From assembly GCA_951406725.2 (NCBI GenBank), contig OX597817.1, positions 24,800,001-24,864,000 of the forward strand: a stretch of DNA of 64,000 bases, read 5' to 3'. The DNA comes from Octopus vulgaris (taxonomy: Eukaryota). The notes under the pieces are model-generated. The model saw only the letters and a program-made list of their open reading frames with translations. It did no database searches and was not told the origin of the DNA. How positions within the stretch are numbered: position 1 is the first letter of the stretch; each line of letters starts with the position of its first letter. Below are positions 13,344 through 26,624 of the stretch, one piece after another. The position numbers and the translations under genes are program-made.

Positions 13344-13727
13344 TGGAAGCACTCCGCCGGTTACGACGACGAGGGTTCCGGCTGATCCGAATCAACGGAA
13401 CAGCCTGCTCGTGAGATTAACGTATAAGTGGCTGAGCACTCCACAGACACGTGTACCCTTAACGTAGTTCTCGGGGATATTCAGCGTGACACAGAGTGAC
13501 AAGGCCGGCCATTTGAAATACAGGTACAACAGAAACAGGAAGTAAGAGTGAGAGAAAGTTGTGGTGAAAGAGTACAGCAGGGATCACCACCATCCCCTGC
13601 CGGAGCTTCGTGGAGCTTTAGGTTGTTTTCGCTCAATAAACACTCACCACGCCCAGTCTGGGAGTCGAAACCGCGATCCTACAACCGCGAGTCCGCTGCC
13701 CTAACCACTGGGCCATTGCGCCTCCAC
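13344..13727 (-). mobile_element. SINE family D, full length
   Basis: 12-bp TSD ACTTGGAACTAA at 13332-13343 and 13728-13739. Confidence 0.9.
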
Positions 13728-15819
13728 ACTTGGAACTAACAAGTCACTAGTCAGCTGCACAGCCATTTTATGGTGAGAGACACCATGATATCTATATAAA
13801 GACACATACATGGTGAGCAAAGTGTATTATTGTCATAAACAGAGTACACAATCTTATGATAAAACTTCCTGATATAAGCTAAATTCAGTAGAATAATAAA
13901 TTTGTTTTGAAAAAGTGGTAACTTTTACAGCTCTAACATCTTTCTGTCTTATACTGCCTCTTCCCATTCCCATTTCTTCTGATTTTTTTTTTTTTTCAAT
14001 TTTCTTCATTCTTTCCTCCTTTTTTTTGTTTTTTTTTTTTGTCAGAGAATATCAAGTGCTTCAGTTTTTCCTATAAAATACATAACTGTCATCAAGTCAT
14101 CTCATTTTAATAGCCTAGCTTGTACAATGTTAGATAGGAAATTATAATGGGGATAATTTAAATAAGTATACAAATTATCATAACTTGATACCAGCCCTGA
14201 TTCTATTAACAGATTTGTTTTTCATTCCTTGTTGTTTTTTTTTATTTTTATAGTTTTTGAAAAGAGCTGGTCAGAAAATCTTCTCCAAACCATCTACAAT
14301 AAAATGCTTTCAGCTCAATTGGGTTTTGTCTTCAGAGTAAAGTTATATATTGGGATTTTATATTTGGTAATTCTCATGTAGATTTCTATATGAGAAATGG
14401 GGCGAAAAAATATCTCTAGTGAATTTTCATGTTTGCAAAATGTCATTCAAAAAAATTACTGAATAGAAAGAGGAAGAAAGGATGAGGCTAAAAACCATAG
14501 ATATGTAGGATAAAAACATAAAAGAAATACTAATGAAAAAATGAAAAGGAGAGAGAGAGAGAGAGAGGAGAGGGAGAGAGAGAGAGAGTGTGAGATCGTT
14601 ATTTGACAATTGGCTGTAAAATTGGAAAGAGAAATATGAATTGATGTACAAAACCAAAACTAAAATGTCTACTTCTGGTTGAGAAGGGAGATAGATAATA
14701 TGAAATTGGTAACAACAGTTGTTCCTTGAGCATAGACATTCAACTAGATTACCTACTCAAATGCAGACAATTGCAAGCCATTATAGAAAGCAATTCAACA
14801 CATTTTATGAGGTTTTGGCTGTCTGTTATTTTCATTGTTTCATTTTGTGGTTTTTATATCATTTATTTATTTTACGTCTATCTGTCTCAACACCACCACC
14901 ACCACTAAACTTTCCTAGTAAAACTCACCTTCTTTAGCAGTCATTCAATGACTTTTTTGCAGTGTAGTGGATCAAACTAAAATAGCATACATATATAACT
15001 CAGATTTATGAGAGGTGGGAGAATGCTTTTATTGAATTTTTCCAAGAACAAATTTAGGATCTATTGGTGCACCAATATATTACCATTGCTTTCTGAAGAG
15101 CCCCAGGGTGGTAGTGGTAGTGGTGGTGGTGGTGCTGAATTTTGTTTGATGGTGGTGGTGGTGGTGGTGATGAAGTTGGTTTGATGGTGGTGGTTGTTGT
15201 AAGAAAATGGGATTTTATAAATTGTTGATATCTTATTATATGTTACATCCTCTTCTAATTCTCCTTAATCAATTTTACTTTCTATCTCTAGCATTCTCTT
15301 GTTTAAACCCCCTTACTCTCTCTTACTCTCCTTCTCTGATTCTTACTAAATTTCCTTCTTTTATCTCTCTCTTTATCATTTTCATCTTACTGAAAGTCTT
15401 TTACTAAGAAATATTATTTGATTGTATATAATATTATTATCTCATTTTATTCTAGCTTGACCAACAATATTACTGCCCTAACTGGACACTCAGTTGCCAA
15501 TATCACAAACTAAACACAGCATGGTAGACAGAAGGACTGATAAGTGCTGTATATATTTGTGTATTTGCTGACTGCATTGGCTTAAAGAAAGATAGTGTTT
15601 TCATAAATAATGTTGTAATCTGCATTACATGGATTGTAATGATTATTTCTGTTGCATTGAGGACAATTCCATAATCCATGCATGTCTTCATACAGCACTC
15701 AACACTGTATAAAATGCGTTGGTGTAAACCCTACTTATCTAAGCAAACAAGTATATGGAAATCATGATTTGAGACAAAGGACAAAGCTTATGGTGTATGA
15801 AATACTATCTCCCCTCTTT

Positions 15820-16051
15820 AAGGTGGCGAGCTGGCAGAATCGTTAGCACACCGGGTGAAATGCTTTGCGGTATTTCGTCTGCCGCTGCGTTCTGAGTTCA
15901 AATTCCGCTGAGGTCGACTTTGCCTTTCATTCTTTCGGGGTCGATAAATTAAGTACCAGTTACACACTGGGGTCATTGTAATCGACTTAATTCGTTTGCC
16001 TGTCCTTGTTTGTCCCCTTTATGTTTAGCCCCTTGTGGGTAATAAGAAAAC
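15820..16051 (+). mobile_element. SINE family B
   Basis: Family consensus; flanking repeat TATCTCCCCTCTT. Confidence 0.85.
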
Positions 16052-16149
16052 ATATCTCCCCTCTTATATATATCACTGAAACCTCTACAGATTATAGGCA
16101 ACATTTTTGTAATTTGGAAGTATGTTGCTATAGATCCTCCTCCTCCTCC

Positions 16150-16335
16150 TCATCATCATCATCATCGTTTAACGTCCACTTTCCATGCTAGCATGGGTTG
16201 GAGGATTTTGACTGAGTGCTGGCGAACCAGATGACTGCACCAGGCTCCAATCTTGATCTGGAAAAGATTTTACAGCTGGATGCCCTTCCTAATGCCAGCC
16301 ACTCCGATAGTGTAGTGGGTGCTTTTTGCGTGACA
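16150..16335 (-). mobile_element. Repeat family C
   Basis: (CAT)n CGTTTAACGTCCACTTTCCATGCTAGCATGGG... Confidence 0.8.
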
Positions 16336-16520
16336 TATTGAGGGAAATCATTCACATCCTCAACTAGAATAAAGTTATTATATTTAAGTTTTTTATTGTT
16401 TCTGTAGTTATTTGAAAGAAAGGCTGTGTATTTTAGCAGAAAGAAGGTAGCAACAGGGTTGAATCTTAACCAAGAGAAGCTGGAATAAAGATAATTGGGT
16501 CTTGTCTTCAGAGAAAAGTT

Positions 16521-16741
16521 CATCATATCATCGTTTAACGTCCACTTTCCATGCTAGCATGGGTTGGACGATTTTGATTGAGGGCTGGCACACCAGATGG
16601 CTGCACCAGGCTCCAATCTTGATCTGACAGAGTTTCTACAGCTAGATGCCCTTCCTAATACCAACCACTCTGAGAGTGTAGTGGGTGCTGTTCAGGTGCC
16701 AGCAGCACGGGAGCCAGTCAGGCGGTACTGGCAATGACCTC
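16521..16741 (-). mobile_element. Repeat family C
   Basis: Same motifs as 16150-16335. Confidence 0.8.
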
Positions 16742-16889
16742 AAGCTAAGACTAATTTACTTCTGGTCTTCATTTATAATCACCTCATTATCTTTATGCTG
16801 TGATTAAGAGGATTAACAGAATTGGCAGAACTATGGACAAAATACCAAACAGTATTTAGTCAAATCATTTACATTCTGAGCTCAAATTA

Positions 16890-17083
16890 TACTCTTTTAA
16901 TCGTCTCAGTCATTTGACTGCGGCCATGCTGGAGCACCACCTTTAGTCGAGAAAATCGACCCTGGGTCTTATTCTTTGTAAGCCCTGTACTTATTCTATC
17001 GGTGCTTTTGCCGAACTGCTAAGTGACAGGGACGTAAACACACCAGCATCGGTTGTGAAGCAATGCTAGGGGGACAAACACAG

Positions 17084-17130
<47 letters not shown>

Positions 17131-17296
17131 TACGACAGGCTTCTTTCAGTTTCCATCCACCAAATCCACTCACAAGGCATTGGTCGGCCTGGGTCTATAG
17201 CAGAAGACACTTGCCCAAGATGCCATGCAGTGGGACTGAACCCAGGACCATGTGGTTGGTTAGCAAGCTACTTACCACACAGCCACTCCTGCGTCT
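16890..17296 (-). mobile_element. SINE family A
   Basis: Full-length match to 45136-45523. Confidence 0.85.
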
Positions 17297-17729
17297 ATAT
17301 AATTAAAGTTTATTTTTATTATTATTATTACTTTGAAGTTGATAAAATAGAACCAGTCAAATACTGGTTTGATATGACTCATTATTACCTCATCTGAAAT
17401 GATGTGTGAGGTCTTCAGTTCATGTTGCAAATCGATGAGAACCCCAGGTAACTGCATTAATAATGTATTAGACTCCCACCAATGAAGTCAGGAGCATGTA
17501 ATCTCTCATCACTATTATGTTATGGACATAGCTAAGATGCTAAGCTTTATCTTGTTTAATTCATTTCTACCAAGGTACTGTAGGGTACTATGTAATCCAT
17601 CATTATAAGGAACAACAGCAATGCAAAAACTGACGATGTTTCCTTACATTGCACATTCGATTTCAAGTTCTGTGGGTCTGGAGTAGGTGGAATGAAACTT
17701 TACTGAGTAAATTTATTTTCTTTGGCGTC

Positions 17730-18160
17730 CATCATCATCATTTAATGTCCATTGTTCATGCTGGCATGGATTGGCAGTTAGACCAGAGCTGTTGTTGTTG
17801 TTGTTAAGCAACAAGACTGGTAAGGGTGATTAGGTGATGGTCTAGGGATTAGGGACGAGAGACCCCAGACCTTAGAAAAAAAAAATACTTTGGTCATCTT
17901 GTTGTAGTGGAGGGCTCTTCATTGATGCCCGACACCACTGGGAGGTGGCCCTCGAAGTAGCTGGAAATGGAGATCTCTAGGTCCAAATTCTTGAACGGCA
18001 ACCAGAGCTGGCATGCTAGAGAGCTACACCAGTCTCCAGTCTGTATGATTTGTCATGGTTTCTGCAGCTGGATGCCCTTTCTAATACCATCCACTTTACC
18101 AATTGTGCTGGGTGTTTTTACGTGTTTTTACTGCCCAAATGCTTTTTACATAGCACCAGC
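17730..18160 (-). mobile_element. Family C copy interrupted by a ~210-bp retroposed insert with an (AAC)n tail
   Basis: ACCAGAGCTG duplicated at 17782 and 18001 around the insert; (GTT)n at the insert edge. Confidence 0.55.
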
Positions 18161-19249
18161 ACAGAAGACTTGCAGGCCAATCCTCTTCACCAGGGGGAGT
18201 GGCTTTAACACTTCTGCTATGGAATACAGGTCTTCTTGAGTGCTACTGTGGAGTATAGATCTTCTAGAGTACCGCTGTGGGTTGTGATGTAATCCAATTA
18301 AAAAACTTACCAAATCATCTAAGTATTGCTTCAATGAAAGATATAGTCATTATAATTTCCACTTTCTCTTCCTTAGAATCTTCACTAGCATATCCTTCCA
18401 AGACATAAGATGGTGTCATATCATGCTAGTTTCAGGACAAGACAAGCTTCTGACAGAAATTAGAATCAAAATATAATACAAAATACATTGAGTTGATCTG
18501 TATGTGAATGTATATGCACAATGCTTTGTGTGTATCTGTATGTGTATATGCATGAATGTGTACATGAGGAAGTATGTGTGATAGGCTTGTCAAAGCACAT
18601 ACTAATTTAATTTAATGAAATATTACTCACTTAACATGTAATTAAAAATTAATTGGGATTAGACAATAGTTAAACACAAAAGAAATAGGAAAAAGGAAAT
18701 GTATTTTAGAAATATCATACAAAGAAGACAGCTGTATAATTACCTCATTAGCCATCTTACATAATGAACATATTTGTTTCTACTTTGCCTCCTTGAAGAG
18801 AAAGACAGTGGCTACTGAATCCAAGTTCTTTAAGCTATATATTCAAGAAGATACAAGAGGAGACAATGCAGAATGTACCACAAAGGATAGGCTTATGTCC
18901 AACCAAACTAATACTATGAGGTGATGAAAAACCTCGAGTGCTCAGTTCAAAATTACATTCATGAGGGACATTATTCACATGGTAACTTGACATTTGTGGG
19001 ATCCACAAGGAACATCTTAACATGTCTAAATGAAATATTATTCACTTTAAGAAGCAATAAGCAATTTAAAATTAAACTAGATTTGATGATAGTCAAATAT
19101 GAAAGGAACAAGAACAATAAAATGAATTTCAGATCTCAAATATAGCAAATATATCATACAAGCTCTGAGTGTGTGTGTGTGTGTGTGTGCATGCATGTGT
19201 GTGAGGTGCATGTAGAGTGAAGTGGGAATGGTTTAGAATATTAAAGTCA

Positions 19250-19483
19250 TAAGGCGGCGAGCTGGCAGAATCGTTAGCACGTCGGGCGAAATGTTTAGCG
19301 GTATTTCGGCTGCCGTTACATTGTGAGTTCAAATTCCGCCGAGGTCGACTTTGCCTTTCATCCTTTCGGGGTCGATAAATTAAGTACCAGTTAAGCACTG
19401 GGATCGATATAATCGACTTAATACCTATGTCTGTCCATGTTTGTCCCCTCTATGTTTAGCCCCTTGTGGGTAATAAAGAAATA
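19250..19483 (+). mobile_element. SINE family B
   Basis: Family consensus; flanking repeat GGTTTAGAATATTAAA at 19230-19245 and 19484-19499. Confidence 0.9.
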
Positions 19484-20223
19484 GGTTTAGAATATTAAAT
19501 TCTAGGTAATTTCTTGAAAGTTGCACATAGATTAATAAATGTATGGTGATTTATATCTTTGTACTTTTGGATAATAGATTTCATCCAATTCAATGAATAA
19601 AAATGACAAAACAGTCCATGGATGGTTTTAGTAGAATCCAGTCTGTAGCAAGAATTCAAACCAGGTATCTGGTCAGTAGAGAAATTCTTCTCACCAGACT
19701 CAAAGAACCAGAAAACAGTCATGGATACTAAAAAGTCTTGAAGATGATTTATACTTTAAATTACATTTAAGTTAATATATGATAAATGGTTAAAGCTCTC
19801 TTTCTCAAATATTTGCATTGCAACTTTAGACTATATAGATTAATATACTTATTTCAGTCCACTGTACAAATATATAATGTGTTATCAACTATGTTGCGGT
19901 CAATTGGTTTTCACTATGAAGAACAGCTAATTGTCAAAAATATTTGCTCTTATAATTTGTTCAGCAAACTTCAACTGATGTCAGAATATTTCATGTTTGT
20001 AAAAATATAAACTACCATGAAATAAATAAGAATGGAGTTAGATTTCATAAAAATTAGCCATAAAACTTTTTAGTTTTCCAACAGAAACATAACAAGTTCA
20101 GGTCTGCTTTGTGCATAGAAGCAAGTGTCTTCTATTGTAGTATTGAGCCAACTAATACCTTATGAATGAAACTACTCAACCGAAACCATATGAAAGCTCA
20201 AGATTCAAGAGATATATTATATA

Positions 20224-22670
20224 TTTGAAGCTTGTCCTATTTTTATAGGGAATTCATAGCTCAAATTAATACATGTTTTGCACTGGACTTCATTGGTAGA
20301 AGATAGTCACATGATTGGTCTTAGAAGTATTTGCGAGTTCCCCAAAAGAAAAACTAAAAACAAAACCTATTGCTAATGAATCCAAACAGCAGCAAAAATT
20401 TAGAGAAAAGATGGCTCTTGAGAAATTTAGAATGGAAACCCAGCTATTATGGCTAAGAGCAAATTCCAACAAAGAAAAACTTGTACAAATGCAAGCAGAA
20501 ATTTCAAAACAACCAAAGGCTGAGGAAACAATATTAAACATCAGGAGAGAAACAGGAAAATGAGGAATTAACATCTTTTCAATGGTTCTCCAGTTATGAA
20601 TCTTATTTCAAAAACAAGTACTCTACTAATAACACTTTCCTGAAGAAAGTTACAATCCACAAATCTCATTCACAACCGATTAAACAAGCACCCAAATATG
20701 GAAATTATATTCGCCAATTCCATAAGGACAATTCAAGACTACTTTGACAACAAAATATTTCAGCTAAAAGAATTGAAGTTTTCCTTCTGGGTGGACTGAA
20801 CTTTCTCCAAAACCAAAGACATACACAATGGTTAAAAAATACTAAGATTCAAAAACAATTACAGAGAGGAACAACCACAATCCAGCACAACAAGTACACA
20901 AAATTGACTCAAAAGAGGACAAGTTAACAGAGAAAATGTCAACAGATATATAAGTAATAATAAAGTAAAAACTTTGTAAAATCCTTTTTAAGATTCAGCT
21001 GACAGAGTTCTTGAAACTGGATGGTACAAACCAAAGATGAGAAAACCGAAAATAATTAGCCCATCCCAAAAAACTTGTTCAGTAGAAGAAATTAATATTT
21101 TGTCAAAAGGCTTAAAATTTTCCCCAACACCACAGCGCCCTAACTCCAATGAAATATAGAACAATATTTCACAGTTCTGTAAAAAACTATACCTAACAGA
21201 GGAATTGTATGATAAAGAAAACAGGGACAAATCAACTGTGAGAAACAAGAGCAATTACAAGCCTACAAAAGGTAAGAATAAAGCTTTAGCTAAATTTTGT
21301 GATTTTATATCTACCTTCCCTAACAAAGAACTTCCACACCCTGAAATCAAGCCCAGTACCAGTTAAAAGGAATAGGAAATTATACATGAACAGAAGAACA
21401 ATAATGACATTATAATTAAGGAAGCAGATAAGGGAAGTGCTATCGTTATTATGGATAATGAACACTACAGTGAAACAGACATTCATTACAAACCAACGGA
21501 GTCTAAACAATACATACTCTTCTTCTCATGTCATCCCAAACACATGAAGAATCATGTTCCATTTAATGTAGCAAGAAGAATCTGAACAATTGTCTCAAAC
21601 CTTGAAACTTGCAGTAAAAGACTCCAGAAATTAAAAAAATACTACTTAAAAGACAATATCCATCTGACTGGCCTACAATATTATCCACCAGAATATCCCA
21701 CTACTAAAACAAGACCCAAGAATGAAACAAGCATCCGAAATACACAAAATAATCAAAAGTAAAAGACAATCAAAGACCCTCAAAAAATCTTCACCAATGC
21801 TAAATTACCTTTTACGATTCTCATACTAATAGCTAAAAAGTGTGGCTACCCAATTTGGGGGACTTGCATCAATCTTACTGAAGGCATGACATATTTTTAC
21901 TGTAAAAAATAATTTTAAATGTTCTTCAAGGAATCTAATATGTGTTATCAAGTGTCAAGGATGTAATGAAGATTAAATAGGTCAAACAATAGTACCCCAA
22001 AATAAGTACCCCAAATTCCAGGTCTTTCCACTTTAATTTTGTTCAGTGAATACTACAAATGAAGCACAGATAAACAAAGAAAATACTTTCATACAAAAAT
22101 GCAAGCCAAGACTTAACAAACTGTAGCAGAGTACATACACAAATATCTATTCACACACAAAACTCATTCTGCCACTTAACATGAGGAACCTACACAGCTA
22201 ACAACCTAAACTTTAGACACTGGACTACATACAAAAGACTCCGGTTCACTTTCCCACCTGGCAGATTAAATTTAGGGTGCCTTGATTGTAATTTAACATA
22301 ATCACTCAACCATGACGGCCTTCATTTTAGGCGTAAAATATACTGTCACATGACACTAATGCATGGACATAGCAAGAAATGTACAAAAGTTTCTAAACTT
22401 AATCACATGATCATTCTATAAAAACACTTGACAGAAAGCATCCAGTGCACTGATTGTTTGGTTTTGTCACTAGATATGTTCAATCAACCACGTCAACCTT
22501 AACTTCTGATTCCAAACATTGTCACTTGATGCTAACACACAGACGTAGTAGAGAACCTACAAAGATTTCTAAGACCAGTCATGTGACCATCCTCTACTAA
22601 ATCAAGTCTTATCCAAAACATTTACTAATTTGAGCTGTGAACTCCCTATAAAAATTGGACAAGCTTCAAA
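20224..22670 (+). mobile_element. Decayed Penelope-like retroelement with inverted terminal repeats
   Basis: Fragments LSKGLKFSPTP, IIIKEADKGSAIVIMD, IHYKPTESKQY..SCHPKH..VPFNVARRI, NLICVIKCQGC..IGQT (GIY-YIG); ~118-bp inverted repeat at 20224-20341 and 22552-22670. Confidence 0.85.
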
Positions 22671-22903
22671 CACTATTCAGTAGCAAGACAGTTGTGACAT
22701 AAACTACATCTTTCTATTTCAAGTATTTGAAAATCAGTGTAAACTGTGAAACTGGTTAAATCCTTAAATATAACAAAAAAAAAAATATTTTAATTATTCT
22801 CACTGCATTTTCAACTTTTATTTTTACTATATTTCTATCCGTGGGAAATAAAATAACATTGTTTTCTCTGTGTGTGTGCGCGTGTGTGTGTGTGGTATAT
22901 ATA

Positions 22904-23725
22904 TATATTGTTGTATTTAGGAATGGTCATTTTGTCAGTTTAGCCAATAAAAACACACACACTATATATTTGGTGTTACTTTGCTTCAGCGTTATTCATT
23001 TTTTACATTAATCTTAATCTTATTTTGGCGAGAGTTCTTTTGTCACACTCCTGTGACCTCATCAGTGGTCCTTTGCTTTCTTTCTTATTTGTGTGACTCT
23101 CCTTACTAACGGTCAGCCATTTTGTATTTTGTATTCCTATTGTATGTGTCTTCATTTGCGTATGCATATACCTTTGTGTGTCTATAAAAAAAAAATTTTT
23201 TTAATAAAAAACATAAATAAAATATAAAAAATAATAAAAAATTAAAAACATTTATAATAAAAAATAAATGAAAAATAATGATAATAATAATAATAACAAT
23301 AATAATGATAATAATAATAATAATAAGTAGGTGTAAACGCATGAACAAAATAGAAATAAAAAAAACAAATTACATGAACGTATATAAACAGGAGATACAA
23401 ATATTACAGGCAATTCCCTTCCACACACACTAACTAAACATAGATACACATAAAGGTATATGCATGCGTAAATGAAGACACATACAATAGGAATACAAAA
23501 TACAAAATGGCTTACTGTTAGTAAGGAGAGACACACAAATAAGAAAGAAGAAAGCAAAGGACCACTGATGAGGTCACAGGAGTGTGACGCGAGAACTCTG
23601 GCCGAAATAAGATTAAGATTAATGTAAAAAATGAATAACGCTGAAGCAAAGTAACACCACATATATAGTGCGTGTGTCTTTATTGGCTAAACTGGCAAAA
23701 TGACCATTCCTAAATACAACAATAT
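22904..23725. mobile_element. Palindromic (TA)n-flanked element, probably Penelope-derived
   Basis: ~280-bp inverted arms at 22904-23185 and 23440-23725; CTGATGAG...CCGAAA motif in the right arm. Confidence 0.7.
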
Positions 23726-24379
23726 CTGTTTCAACACACGTTTTCACATCAAAAATCTTGCAAAACATATATATATATATATAGGTGTAAAATATGAAAA
23801 ATCAACGAAAATGCATATTGCAGATAGAAAAAGGCTATTTATGACAGGTAGTGACAAATATATACATTTAGATTGACTGAGGTAGTAATACGAGTCATAA
23901 AGGTCATTATTATGAGATGATTATAAGATGATAATAAAGTAAGAGAACAAAACGAACCAATTGGTTTATGCGAAGGCTATTCATCGTTTGAACAACACCG
24001 GTTAATATACGGTGTAAGGTCTAATAGTTCACATTAAAATAGATACTGGACTCATTAAGATCAACTAAGGTCCTTTCAAAATATGGCTACAGTCCAATGA
24101 CTGAAACAAAAGTACAAAAGAAAAGGGGTGAAAAGTACCACAGAACATAGCAAAAACTGCATCTCAAAGACTGGCCATTCGCTTCAGTGAGTAGTCATTA
24201 TATACAAATTCTCTGCTAAGCTTTAGTGTGCTCTGTCACCATTCCCACCTACAGTGGAGGACTCCTCTCACATATGGGACAATGTTGCTACTATGCACTA
24301 ATATTCTCCACTGAATCCATATAAAAGCCACTTATTTGATTCACACACAAACACACACACACATATATATATATATATA

Positions 24380-24790
24380 AAACAACATCAATTTCTTTGT
24401 TTGCCGTAAGGCATTATTTTTCTCACACGCCAGCTAATTTGAATTGTCTAAAGTCGAAAGACGCCTCTTGTCTTTGTCCTGTTATCATTATTATTATTGT
24501 TTTCTGTTTTTTGTATTTATATTCGTATTACCTTTTGTTTTTTGTATTTATTTTCGTGTAACATCATCCATTTTTCTATCCTTCTTTTGTATACATTCGA
24601 TCCTTTTTCCAAGAAATCTAATGCTCGTAGCTTAGTTTTTCCTTGGGACTAGCCAGATCGGAGCAATCTCAAGATTAGTCAGCTGAAATTGCGAGGATGA
24701 GCCGGTTCTTGACTGAAGATTAGAAGCTTTGAATGACCCGTCCGTTTTCGTATCGTCTATTTGAATGTTTTGCGTTCTTGTCCCATTTTG
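24380..24790 (+). mobile_element. (TA)n-embedded non-coding repeat carrying a permuted hammerhead candidate
   Basis: Bounded by TA microsatellites; 3' part matches 46409-46540. Confidence 0.65.
24652..24728 (+). ncRNA. Candidate non-circularly permuted (pseudoknotted) hammerhead ribozyme
   Basis: GCAAU-C|UCAAGA ... AGCU GAAA UUGC ... UCUUGA CUGAAGA uuaga AGCU; stems I, II and III all pair. Confidence 0.6.
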
Positions 24791-24822
<32 letters not shown>

Positions 24823-26288
24823 ATCATTGCTGTCATCATTTAAATACCTATGTTCCATTTTTTCATGGGTCAAATGGGATCTTTTTGAAGCAGGTTTTCT
24901 ACAACTGGATGCTCTTCCTAGTTCCAACAGTCACTCACAATTGCATTCCAATCTCTCTGACCTGTAGATACGTTGCTGCCTTCTGCCCTGTCCCCCTCTC
25001 TCTTTCTTCAACTTCAACTGCAGTAGCCTCGGATTTTCAGGGCTTAATTTTCATACACTATCTCTATTCAGGTAGTATTGATTCTCTTGTCTTTCATCAT
25101 CCATGTTGTGTCCTGTCTCCCTAGGCCTTGCCCTAAGCACTAAACCGAACCTTTCTTCTACAGGATACTTTCTCTATGGAAATTCTTTCCAGCATGTTTT
25201 TCATTCAGCCATAGTTTTTACAATTTTTCAAAAGGACTGTTAACTCCATAAGTCACATTGGTTGCTGAGGGCCAGCAAATGCCTTGGGCTGATCACTTTT
25301 CTCCAGGCAAAAAAAAAAAAAAAAATTAATTGCTTTTAGTAAGAATGTATGTGAAAAGGTGAGTGAGAGAGTGTGTATATTTTTACTTGTGATTCTATGT
25401 TATATTTTTATGTAACTCTTCAAATACGACTTTCTGACACAATAATATGTATCTTGAGTTTATCCAGCAATCAACACAATCAGAATGGTAGTAAAAATGG
25501 TTTTAAAAACCAAGACATATAGGCTCCATTATTTATACTGAAATCAAATGAAAGTGCTATCTGCTTCCACAAGCTGCAAAGAAGGCTCCAATTTTCTTAA
25601 GGCTTTTCTGTGTGGAGAGTTTTGGAATCTCATTTCTTCAGAATTATTTTATTTTATCACAAGTTCTTCCCATTTTGTGCAACTGTCACTGGTTACTTTA
25701 TGACCTTAAATTATATAAATCTATTTTTTAAAGTAACACTTCAGACCACACTGTACAACTATATAGGTTTAGAAACTTTTCAGAATTTTAGATTGAGTTT
25801 TTAAAAAGAAATACTGAAAAAAAAAATTTTAGAATCTTTATAAATATATTTTCTTAGGTTCTATACTTGTAATTTAGATCATTTAGAAATCTTGGTGTCA
25901 AGTATGAATAAGATCTATTTAATTCTCTGTATATGCTGCAAGCTGCATTATTGAAATTGATCCTGTTGTTGTTGTTGGTTTGCTAAGTAGCTTTGTCAGT
26001 TCTCCTCAATAAAATATATGACATAATAGCATCTATTTATGTGGTGTATAGGAACATCTCATAAATCATACACCCTACATTAATATATCAAAATTATACT
26101 TTGCTTTCTCCAAATTACAGTTGGCCACATGCAATAATTTTTTGGGGCATTTGGAGCATGAAGAATATATTTTACAATTTAATATTTGTTGTCATTTAGC
26201 CCTAGGTTAGTCTTGATTGAGCAGACTTATAATGGAAACAGTCCCATTTGTGACTATTTTGCCTTTAACAGGTAGTATATTTAGAAGT

Positions 26289-26624
26289 GAAGGCACATGG
26301 CTCAGTGGTTAGAGCGTTGAGCTTACGATCATGAGGTTGTGAGTTCGAATCCCGGACCGGGTTGCGTGTTGTGTTCTTGAGCAAGACACTTTATTTCATG
26401 CTGCTCCAGTTCACTCAGCTGTAGAAATGAGTTTGCAATGTCACAGGTGCCAAGCTGCATCGGCTGTTACCTTTCCCTTGGATAACACTGGTGGCATGGA
26501 GAAGGGAGGCCGGAGTATGCATTGGTGACTGCTGGTCTTCCATAAACAACCTTGTCCAAACTTGTGCCTGGAAGGGTAACTTTCTAGGTGCAATCCCACG
26601 GTCAGTCATGACCGAAGGGGGTCT
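26289..26624 (+). mobile_element. tRNA-derived SINE (family E-related)
   Basis: TGGCTCAGTGGTTAGAGC A box, GAGTTCGAATCCC B box, CORE-like TTGAGCAAGACACTT. Confidence 0.8.

Noticed and set aside
25540-25710. Minus-strand protein-like reading (also at ~10310-10415 and ~17560-17700)
   Set aside because: In-frame stop or weak splice signals, and no recognisable homology
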